A DNA stretch of 64,000 nt from Balanoglossus misakiensis (Eukaryota; Animalia; Hemichordata): NCBI GenBank assembly GCA_040954595.2, contig CM082579.2, forward strand, positions 11,087,625-11,151,624. The letters run 5' to 3'. Each line of letters begins with the position of its first letter. Position 1 is the stretch's first letter. Both the position numbers and the translations under genes were made by a program. Positions 12,601 to 24,600 of the stretch are shown here, piece after piece. The notes beneath the pieces were generated by a model. The model saw nothing but the letters and a program-made list of their open reading frames with translations, did no database searches and was not told where the DNA came from.

Positions 12601-15600
12601 ATTACCTGCTCGCTGTGTAAGACAATTTCTCCAACAAAACTTGCACTTGTATTGAGGGTGTCATCCCCATCACCTTCATCCGATTTGGAAAGTATCTTAT
12701 TGATGTTGCTGAAGACATGGGAGTGATGTAGGAAGACATGATCGGAGGGTCGAAACCGCAGACACCAACATCGTAGAGCCATCAATTGTAGAGCACTGCC
12801 GTGGGGTAGTAACATCATCATATCAGAGACCGTTTGCAGCAGCAAATGGAATGCTATTTGCAATGGATTGACAGCGTCTCCTCCGATTGTGATGTCTGAT
12901 AAAGGATGTTCACACATGATCACATCTTTATCCTATAAAACAAATGTAATAATTGTAAAGTAAGCGTGTGATGTGAAGACAGACACAAATACTCCTCATA
13001 TAAGTTCATCTTGCAATTATGCAGTCTGGTTTATAAAAAGACCACTGTCCATTCTTAGGGTGTTATTTTGTACCTTTGAGAATCCAAATGCAAAGTCATA
13101 GTCTTCTACTATTTCAAATGCTCCTCTTTCACATATGCAGTTCATACTCCAGGTTCACATTTTCAATGACACAGATTGTTTACAGGTGTGTCATTAGAAA
13201 TAGCTTCACATTACATTACGTATTTCTTGTCAAAGGTATGAAGGGTGTATAGGGAAGTCACCTGATCATGTTCTTTTTTCTCCCTCTTTTGTTCTGCATC
13301 ATCTTCTTTTTCTGTGGTTGTTGGCATCAGTGCCGACACAAAATGCCACAGAAGATCGTGAAGACTTGTTGTCTGTGTGACATTTCTCAGCAACCAGTTG
13401 AAGGCCTGGAAGCACATGATAAAATTGATCAGAAATGCAAAACTCACCTATGGCTTTGAATTGATCTCAATATACTTTCCTTATGGACTGAGAGTAACCC
13501 TCCAATCTCTGAGCACATTTTCAGTGGGTGCTCCCATGGGTGCTACAAGTCTGAGCTATTATTGCATATGTACTACAGTATTCCAAGCGGTCCGTGCAAT
13601 AATAATTCTGGTATTATTGCAAGCTCATGTGCAAATGAGCATCCAGAATAATAAGATCCCCCCTTCGACAAAATTAGCTTTCGAGTCGACATGAAGCAAG
13701 CCATGTGATGTTTAACACAGGCAATCAGATGTTAGACAACAATCTCAGTTTGGATGCTGAACTTTGCATATACAATTGCAGTAACTAGACGTACCTGCAT
13801 TGCATGGACTCTACACGCCGCTTTCCTAACAGCTTGCTTCATTGCAATTCGCAATCCATCCAAGTCGTAATGTTGCATGATAAATGACACTACAGGTCTC
13901 TGCACAGCCTTTTCATTGTTGCCACCGGTGACCAGCTTAGCCAATGCAGGCGAGGGTCGTCTCAGCAATGATGATCCACCTTCTGTTCAAAATCAGTCAA
14001 CACATTAATTACAAAATGAAACCGAGAATGCCAACGGAAACATGTTGCAGACGTTTTCCCATAGAATTTATTTGACAGCTTTGATAACAACAACGCTTTT
14101 TCATATTTCAACTGTCAAGGCATAAACCACTGAGAAATTCTGCCTGGCTGATTATTTTTTTCTCTCTTTACACCATTCATCAAATTGAATGAACTGTGTG
14201 TTGCAGACTACGTACATAATCTCATTTTAAAACTAGAAATAACTTTCTAGATTAACTTGTTAGTAGTAATACTTTTTATAATGCATAACTGCATTGTTCA
14301 GATGACTGCAACTATACAGATTTCAAGGTGCGGAACAAGTACATGTATTTGCATTCGATACATAAAAATAAAATACTGATAAAATCAATCATCAAGGGTA
14401 TGAGCAAGTGTATATCCCTTGGCTTTGAGTGTCAGTAAGATATCTACCTGTACTACCACTGTTGTTTCTTCGTCTCTGAGTTCGTGTTTTCACGGCTGCA
14501 ATTTTGGCCGCTTCTTCTTCCATACTACTGGTCATTGAGATCGACCGTTGGAATGGTACACGACGCAGATCATAATCTGGTCTCTTGCGTCCTCCTCTCT
14601 CTTTCATACTCTCACTAGTTGCTCTAGATGGACCTAGTTTGAATAATTATCAGAAAAGAGGCACATCGTCATTGAATCCTAACAGTTCTGTAGTGTTTTA
14701 TAAACAGATGCACCGTTGCTACATCGTTGAAAACGTTACAGAGTGAACAAGGCTAAAAGGGACAAAGTCTCTCTCTCTCTCGCTGCCCTTTTCCCATTTA
14801 TTATGTTTGATACAAGACACTGTTTATGTGCATGTGCATGTGTATATGTAGTGAATGAACATTCAACCACAAACAACTTCCATCATGCTTGTATGATATG
14901 AGAGTAAAAACTCGCCCAAAATGAATAAATGGTAGAGACCGATTATTCATTTTGGCGAGTTGTTTCACTCTCGTGTCTACAAGCGGGATGGAAGTTGTGT
15001 GTGGTCAAACATTGATTCACTATATAATCACATGTAGAATAATATAAACGGCATCTTGTATGTACCAAACATAATTAATCATATGGAAAAAGGGCAGTGG
15101 AGAGAGACTTTGTCCCTTTAATACACAATCTGTCCTCCTTTTTTGTTTACTGATTGGACTCACACAAATATGTTTTTCATTGCAGAGCCAAATCAGAAAT
15201 GGCGTGATGAAACCAATATGACAAGTTACTGGTAAAACAAGCGGTGAATTTAATGACCCGTACTTACCTGGTTTTATTTGAGGATCAATTTCTGGTCTGA
15301 CACCTTCATGAACCCAGCTATCTCTGCTCAGCATTTCTACATCCCTCAACACAAGTGGCAACATTTCTGTCTGATGTTCTCCGCGCGACATCTTGAGAAA
15401 CTGGAACGGGACTGTCGTCGGGAATTCGGAAGAATGATTCAACTCCATTTCGCACAGAGTCGGCAGATCAAACTTGGACTGTTTCTTGACGGGACTACTT
15501 GATGGAAGCAACGGACCGGCAGCACTGGCCAAATCGAGTAGAAACATTGCATTGGCTTTCATGATGTGGTGAGCTTCCACGGGCAACAGGGCCTTTTGCA

Positions 15601-18600
15601 CTCGAAGCGCCGGCGCTTTCTTCTTCATCTTTTTCGATTTATCTTTCAGAGAACTGGTATGTTTGTCTTTGAGGTACTTCTCTCGGCACTTGTCGCACAT
15701 GAGATACCAACTACTACCTCCTCGGCCGCCATCTCCACAATTGCCTGCCCAGCCACCACAGAAATTACCACTACTGTTATAGCCCTGTCCTCCCGCATGT
15801 TTACCACAGCCTGGATGACTCTGTCTCATATGGTATGTGACAGGGTGGGGATAGACACCGCCACACAGTTCACACACAGCCTCCCTTTCTCCGGATCCAA
15901 CGGGTACTCCCGCCGCCTCTCCGAACAAATTCCCTCGTCCTTGAGACGCTCCTTTCTCGCGTTTCTTCTTGTCCTTTCTACTTTTATCTTTGTCCTTCTC
16001 CTTCTTGTCGTTTCTGATTTTGGATTTGCTGACACCGACGACCGCGGGACTGGGCAAGACAATCTGCTGAGCGGCCACATTCAATATTGCACACGACAAG
16101 TCTTCCCAGAAAGACACGAGATGTTTGAGGGTTGGGGGCAGAGCGGACTCCGGTGCCAGATCCTTGGTGACGACGCTCGCCTGGACTTCCTTGATGTCCA
16201 TCGCGTCTGTCTTGGATGTACTGGCTGATCTCTCTCGGGTGATCACTGCAGACAGCGTCTTTGGGGTGGTGTCGGAGGAGTCGGACAAGTGTCGAGTCTT
16301 ACGAGGGAGCAGTGGCGAAGACTTCGGAGATGGTTTCGGAGAGCTTCTTGGCGAGACCCTTGGTGAATGTCTCGGTGAATTCTTGGGCGACATTCTGGGA
16401 GAGGATGATGTTTTCTCGGAGTCGATGATACTTGCAGCTGGTGATTTCTTGGGTGATCCTTTTGCGGACACAGTCTTTGGTGACGAGTCTCGGGATTTGG
16501 TTCTTGGCGACGATTCTCTCGACGACTTCCTCGGTGATTCGTCTCTCGGTAATTTTCTTGGAGAGGAATCACTGGGTGTTTTCCTCGGGGAAGAGTCTGT
16601 TGATGTCATTTTCTTCGGGGAGTCTCTCGGGCTCGCACTGCTGCCACTGGGCGTTCTGTCACCTTCATATTCCTTGTTTCCATTGTACAACTTTGCGAGT
16701 AATTCTTCGGAGTCTTGTAACGCGGCCAGCGCTGACGCCGGCATGCTCTGGCTGAGATCGGCAGAGTGTCTATTTTTCAGTTTCTCTTGACTCGCAGATT
16801 CTTCCGAAGCTGAATGCGTTATACTCGTAGCTTGCTTGTTTAGATTTGGATGGAACTTGAGGAAAGAAGCACAGGCCATGGCGTCGTGTACAATTCCCTC
16901 GTGCCACAAAAAGGCGGCAAATACTGCCCTTACACACTCAGCGACCGATGCAGATATAGCCGGCTTGAAAAATTCCCTGTATCGTGCGTGGTCTGATTTT
17001 AATGAGCTTGATCTGGATCTTGCTGGGGATTTGTCTTTCGGTGCAGGGGAGGATGTCCTCTCTCTTTTGCCGTGTGATACTTTTGCCTTCCTCAATGTCT
17101 TTGGCGACAGTCCACTTTTGGGCGAGGAATGCCCGTCAACTCTTCCAATGCTAAAATGTCCTTTTAATCCGTCCTGATTAGAACCTGTCCCAGATATGAC
17201 CACATCATCTCCCCCGTGTTTGCTGCCCTCGGTGTGATTTTCTAAACCATCCTTATCTTTCTCAGCAAACTTTCCTGCCATCATTTGGTCAGCAGAGTTA
17301 TCGTCGTCTGTGCTCATAGCAAACTTGTGTGGACTTGTGCCTGTAATTAATTAATCAAGAAACGCCACATTTTAAAGTACAATGTCTGCTAACAGTCACC
17401 ACCACAAAATGTCTTACTTCTTCAACTTGCACACTGCAAACAACCTACGGGTTATTGTCAAATTGTTGCAAGTCTCTCAAATACACATGTTACAATGAGG
17501 GAAGTGATTGGGTTGTATTTTGTTTTATAGGGTGATACATTCCTATCACTAATTAAAAGCATTCATTGCAGTCTATACCATAGTGGTTTTTCATTTTTGC
17601 CTTGAATAGGTTAAGCAGACACAATGTTCAAGTTCTTCTTTTCTGTGTTGATCGAAAAAAAATCGATGGTCATTCTGTACAGCTTAAAGGCAATAGATCG
17701 TCTCACGCACATGCACGTAACTTCCATTCAAATAGTTTTCACCCAAGCTGGTGTCTTTTCACGATCTCCGACACAGATTATGGTCGCCGCCATCTTCTCT
17801 GTTGTTAGGACAGAGCACTGCCTTATGGGATTGACTGTTCACTAAACGTCTGTAACCAGCGGCTACAGCTGGAACATGCGTGTGAGACGAGCTAGGAGCT
17901 TTAAACTGTTTTCATTGTATTTACCATTTGAGAAGGGTGGTTTCATGGTTTAAAAGAATTCTTTGGTGGTTACACATCATCACACTAGTAGAAAAGAGTC
18001 TCACCTGCCCTGCTCTGTCCAAACACAAACGGTCCATGTTGATGATTCAGTTGAGGTTCCACCTTGCTACTTCCAAAGACAGGCAATGTAGGTACATTAT
18101 CAGCACTGCTGCCACTCCCAAACATCAAAGGACCTTTCGGCATTGATAAAAGAAATTGTCAGTTGCTGCTTCAAGAAAAGAATTTGTACACTCATATCTG
18201 CATGAGGGTTCAGTCTCGACTATGCTTTTGACTTTTGTGACCCAGGTGACAGATAAAAAACTAAAACAGTAATTTTAACAAGACGACAGTTAGCCATAGT
18301 GTGGACATTTCAATAAAATTTTCAACTCTTGACATTTTCCACTTTCATCATTGCAGTTCTGTGACAAAGACAGCTTGACGTCTGCAAGCACTCAGTACAG
18401 CAAAATTTATCTATTTATTACCAACAACAAATTAAACACTCTAAACTAACCCAGTGTTTGACTACAAGGGCAACTAATGATAAGCAATAACAGTAAGAAA
18501 AGTGGCGTTCTCACATGTTTCCATTTGTTTGTGTGTTTTAAACTTTTCTTAATCTGAAAGTATTCTTTATCAGCGTTCTAAAAAATCACACATTCACATG

Positions 18601-21600
18601 CACCTTCACCAATGAGCATTAAAGAGTACCACGACAGTTGCGGACACAGATGTTGTATATATGTACACCTGCTATAGGCTTTTTTTTCCTTTTCAAATGC
18701 ACACACACACACAAACATACATACATACATACACACACATACAAAGCAAGTTTTGCACGTGAACACAGGAGTTCCAAATCAGGAACACCAACCTGAACTT
18801 GATGCCGCTTTCTTGAAATCAAATCCAGCAGCCCTGGCCTGAGAAGCTTTATCTGATATGAAATCAAAATCAAACGGGGAGGCCATCTTCCCTTTGTCTT
18901 CTTCATGGTCAATGTCACTTTCATGTAAAAGATAAGCTGCATCTTGAAATCTCGCCAACGACCAAGCCTCACCATCGGTGCTTTCACAGAAACGCTGCAT
19001 ACTCTCTTGATCCAACTTGACCCATGTTGCACCATCTGTATTGGTTATCTACACCAGAACACAAATTGACAATCAGTCATTTATGACTTTTATGACCCAT
19101 GATACCTTCTAAAAATCCGGGGATTTTTGGTGACGTGTTATTCAAAATTTAATATTTTGGTTTTGTGCAAAATTTTCTTTATGAGGTACATTAACAGGGC
19201 TATTACATCTAGTCTTGATTAAAAATGGTTAAGAATGTACAAGTTAAAAAAAATCAATATTGGACCATAGACTTGGTCTCCCAATTTGCCAAAACTTAAT
19301 CTGGGACCCAGAATTTTTAAGATGCATAGTCTGATATCATATGTGTCAATGAACGCTGTTCCAGTGAGACATATGTCAGGTTATGAATAGTCCAGTGAAT
19401 TTTATTCACAATTTGTTTTAACTGTCGGTTAAAACATACGTTCAGTAAAAAAAGGAAATTAAAATATGTGACCATGATTATACCTCAAATCTATAATGAC
19501 TATGTATAGTTGTCTGATATGCTCTGTGTCCCTTTCTCTCAAAAACTGCAGAGGGTGCATCAGTGTAAAACACATAAAGAGTCTCATGATGGAGTCCAGT
19601 GTATTACAAAACATGTGTCTGTCTCCAATTTGCCCTGCAAGTCCCCCCAAAATGTGCCGTTTGTCTCTATCTTTGGTCTCAGGAAATGCACCATTTTGGG
19701 ATGACTCCCATCCCCTAATGTGTTACCCTCAGGTCCAATCAATGCGCACACTAAATACTTACATCTTGCATAACAGTCAACTGATTTCCATGAACCAACA
19801 TTCCAACCGGAGATGCTTTCAATGATGGACGACTGCGGATGTTGTGTCCTGAAGAACCACATTTCACAACTTGGTAAATACCAGGGCCACTTGTTAAAGT
19901 ACCTACTATAGTAGAAAGTCAAAGAGTGAATTTACTGGATACATACAGAAAAAGACACTGTCAGCAAGGCAAAAATATATTGTACCTGTAGCATATTTGA
20001 ATTAAATCATTTAAGTCATGGCTGAGTAATTGCTGTGAACAGATGAAGGGTAATCCATTACCCACCACCCCCCACCAGTGCTGGGCCTTGGCAGACGTAA
20101 AATAACTATAAATTTTACATGTGGACATGTTGCGTTGGCCTACAGGCGACTGTAGTTTGGTCCCAGTGGAAAGAGGTTCAGGGCCGACTTTAAACTATAA
20201 GCCAATGCAAATTTGTGTGTGTGGACGCATTACGTCAGCCTAGTTGAGCGTTCACATGGTCATATTCGATAAGACAGAGTGTAAAATGTTGGTTCATGGG
20301 AAAAATCTGTCTGCCCAAATTCAGGTACAGTACAGTACGAATGCGGTCCAACTCAATTTGCAAAAGGACAGGTAATTTATGTCACCTAAAATTTCAGTCG
20401 GGTTGACGAATGTGAACAACACTTACGAGCCACTAAGAGGAATGCTATCAAGCATGCACTTTTTCATGTATTGACACCCTTAAAATAACTTACCTTTGCT
20501 TGACTTGACTTTTGCTTTGTCTTTTGCAATATTTGGAACCTTCCGTGACATGGTGTCTTTGATGAGTTCATCAATAATAGATTTTGGTTCCTGTATAAAA
20601 TAATTTTGCAAAACTGAAGTTAGTCTTCAAAATTGTGCATGTGCATTACTCAGTTAAATTTCACACAATGCAACGTACAAAAATCACAACATTTACACAT
20701 TAGACAAGAAAAAAAACATGAACTGGACCTGTGAGGCGTTAAACAAATGATAACTAACTTGTTAGTGAAAACATAACACGAAAATGAAACAAGAACAAAT
20801 AAACAGTTTTCAAGGCCATATCAACAGAAGCATCACCAAAAAAATCACTGAAAAGTAACAACTCACCTCTACTGGCACAAGCAATGTTTTCCCAAGATGT
20901 TGATTGTAGGAAAGACACCATGCTTCTTTGTAACCATTACTTCCACAGTATTTGTGAACGGTTTCGGAATTCAGTCTCAGCCACACACCATCTTCATTGT
21001 GGATTTCATCAATAAATGTGATGGTGTCATTGACACCAACAATTCCAATCTGTTCACTTTGTAATGATGGACTGCTTCGTATCCTCAACCCTTGGCTGTA
21101 ACTGGCCACATACTTCCTGATCTGTACATAAAGAACATAATAATAAGTTAAAAAGATTAACATTATTTGCTGCAAGTATTTTCATCACATTTTCACTATA
21201 CGTTTTTAGAATATATTGAACACAGCTTAGTGCAAATGTTAAGTTCCACGTTCACACAAAACAGCAAACTCATTTGAAATTTGAATTCTATTTGGTACTT
21301 ACTCTGCTTGGTTGATGAGGTTTTTTGGTTGCAGCAGGGTTTGGTGGAGTAACACCTTGTGGTGGTTCACCTATCTCTATCTGTGGAACACAATCTAGAA
21401 AATTTCAAATTTTCATGTCATTATCAGGGATTTGAACAAGAAACTACAGTAGATACACAAAACAATAATACTGAAAACATAACGGAAAGTTACAGCTAAT
21501 GGAGCTTTAAAAGTATACGGTCACCTTTGGAGGTTTAGATACAGTTACCATTGTAAACTTGAGATCTAGCCAATCATAGATTTTCAGTGGGTGGCACACG

Positions 21601-24600
21601 AGAAAAAAAGAGCGCCACCATATGTTCTTTAGAACACTCAAATACGCCATTTCAGCCATATATGGGCATATGTAAATTGGAGGTGACCGTGTACCTTTAA
21701 TGCTCTTAGTGTAATTTGCTCGCAGATATTAAATCCCAGGCCTTTCAAAAATTGCTGACATAGTGGTACTCTTACCCATAGGATAGCCATCAATGGTGAC
21801 ATGTATGGCATACATTCCCACTGATCCTGGAGTCCAATTGGCATGATAACTTCCATCATTGTTTGCCTTTATCAGCATATTCTCACTGGGTCTGTAGAAA
21901 ATGTACATGCACATTTAGTATACTGTAAAACACTTTATTTTCGCGGGTTGAAATTTTCGCGATATCGAGAGAGGCCACTGTTTCGCGAGTATTAATTTTC
22001 GCGTTCTCTTATTTCATTCACTGCATCGTTATCTTCAAAAAAATTTACGCGACTTTTTATTTTCACGCTATTTTGGCTCTCGCGTATTTCGCGAAAATTT
22101 ATCGCTCGCCAAAATAACATGTTTTACAGTAGATTACTTGCAGAATTTGTTCACTAACACAGTGTTCATTCTAGGACTGCAAGACCAGGGGCCATTGTGG
22201 GCCCCTACACTTGTGTGAAGGGGGCCATTAGAGAAAACAGAGGGCCACTAATACTTATGACGTCATAAGCACATGCGTCTGTACACTCGTTGTTTACGCT
22301 GGATGACCCTTCTGTCAACGCGCTGGACGACGCGGACGGTTCTATCGACGGCTGTGCCTCATGATTTGCACTGTCACCGATCGATGGCTCTGCTTCTCGA
22401 ACTTCATTGGAAGTTGTTGCCGCTTCACCAACAGCTGGCGAACGTAGAAAGTCAAACAAGAGCCGCTGGCGTTTCGCCATCGCCAGCGGCCCATGTACCA
22501 GCCCACGCGGTCTACAAGTCGAACAGCATGGTTTTGCACACAGCTCACATGAAATCAGTACCACGTTTATACTACCCAACACTTTGTTAGCGCCTATTAA
22601 ATACACTATACACTGCCAATATAGCAAAGGCTGATGGGAAAACAAAGTTACGCACTCCTAGATATTAGGTAGAAATGACGTCGACGTGCGCTGCGAAACA
22701 AGGTCACATCAGCAGGACGCGGCGCGGACGTCTGGTGACCTTTACCTCGGCAAGGACAAATGTTGCGCCCAAAGTGGCGCACAGACAGTTAAAAAGAGTG
22801 CCGATCGAGATAAAAACAGCGCAATTTGCGCAATGGCGCAGCCTAGAATTAACACTGCTAACATCTGCCTCTTAACCCTTTCACCACAATGGTTCAGTCC
22901 AAACCCATTGTTTTCTATGGTAAGGTTGGACCACTAAAGAGGGTACCAGGGTTGAAGACTATGCCATGGAATAAAACAAGTAACTCTTACCTTCTTACAG
23001 TTGGTGAAGCCAATCTGAGTTCTTCAAAGGAATAATTTTCATATGCCTTCATCATTGTGATGGAGATATAGTTGACATGAGTTGTAGTTGTTGGCTCGTA
23101 TGTTGTATCAACTTTAGGTGGCATGTGGCCACCATAAGTCACATCTTTGTCCAGATTTTTCTTGCTGGATTTGTGGCTTTTCCTGATTCCATTGCATGTA
23201 TCCTTCTTAATGATGGGTACTGCTTTGGCTTCAACCTGATATGAGAGTGATTTGAAAATAAAGATTCCTCTAATTAAATATATCTATTTAATTCAAGCTT
23301 TAAAGGGACAAAGTCGCTCTCTCGCTGCCCTTTTTCCATTATTTATGTTTGATACAAGACACCGTTCATGTTATTTTACATGAGGATATATGTAGAATCA
23401 ACATTCCACGACACACATCCTGTTTGTAGGATATGAGAGTAAAAATTCCTCCAAAATGAATAAATGGTAAACACCGATTATTCATTTTGGCGAGTTTTTC
23501 ACTCTTGTGTCTACAAGTTGGATGGAAGTTGTGTGTGGTCGATAGTTGATTCACTATATATCCACATGTAGAATAACATATCAGTGTCTTGTATAAGATA
23601 TAATTAATGGAAAAAAGGGCAGCGAGAGAGAGACTTTGTCCCTTTAAATGCAGAGACTAAACACTTACCCTAAGATTTGGCACTTGTACCAGGTCTCCAT
23701 ACTGATCTCTAGTTTGAATGGTAATTACAGCTGGCCAGTTACACTTGATGTTATCTTTCTCATATAAGATATCACACTGTCTGGGATCAATGTAAGAGTC
23801 TGGCTGCAACCACCTGCCACAAATGACAAAATAAAATGAATAGTGGTTGATGGATGATACACAACAAAGTTCAAAATGATTATGAGCAATATTCTGGATA
23901 TGTGGCTTTCAGCAGTGCTGTTGATCCAAAACACACAAACATAACATGAATCAGTTCTTCTGTAGGCAGGTCCCACTAAGACTTCCTACATTTTTCTGCA
24001 CCAGCCACAGACATGAGTTTTTGTATTCTGATAATTAAATAAATTTGGTACATACATGCAACTTATAAACAATTGTATCTTTAAAATATGGTGGTGGGAA
24101 TTTAATGTGAAACTCATAACAGTTGTCTGCCCTGACAGAAAAGGACCCTAATGCATGGTTAGAATATTCCATAGCCTTGTACGTAGAATTTTGAGAGAAA
24201 AATATTGTAATATTGCCCTTTTCTTTTTTGAAGCTATATTTATTAATACAAAGAACATGGTACGTCACCATACTTCATTTTGAGATAGCTGAAGAATTTT
24301 GAGATATTTTGACCATATGAAAACTATCACATGAATTGTGCAAGAAAAGTGCTGATGTAACCTTGTCCACAAGGTTTTAGAACACCTTATTGAAGAAAAA
24401 AAATTGTATGAAATTGTATGGGAATACCTGGTACCTCTGTATTTTGGCATTTCATCATGTTTCATAAATTTGAACAAGATACTGCAGTAGATACACAAAA
24501 CAAAAATAGTGAAAACATAGAAAAAGTTATAGCTAATGGAGCTTTCATCAAACCAGTCTAACCAGATCTACAGTATTTCTCTGTTAAACGCCAACAATCC

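Noticed and set aside
15020-15267. C-terminal part of the 765-aa ORF as a stand-alone protein
   Set aside because: Read-through past the GTAAGT donor into intron and MITE sequence.
15278-17177. Long plus-strand ORFs (220, 221 and 113 aa)
   Set aside because: Antisense shadows of the GC-richer, repetitive large MYCBP2 exon.
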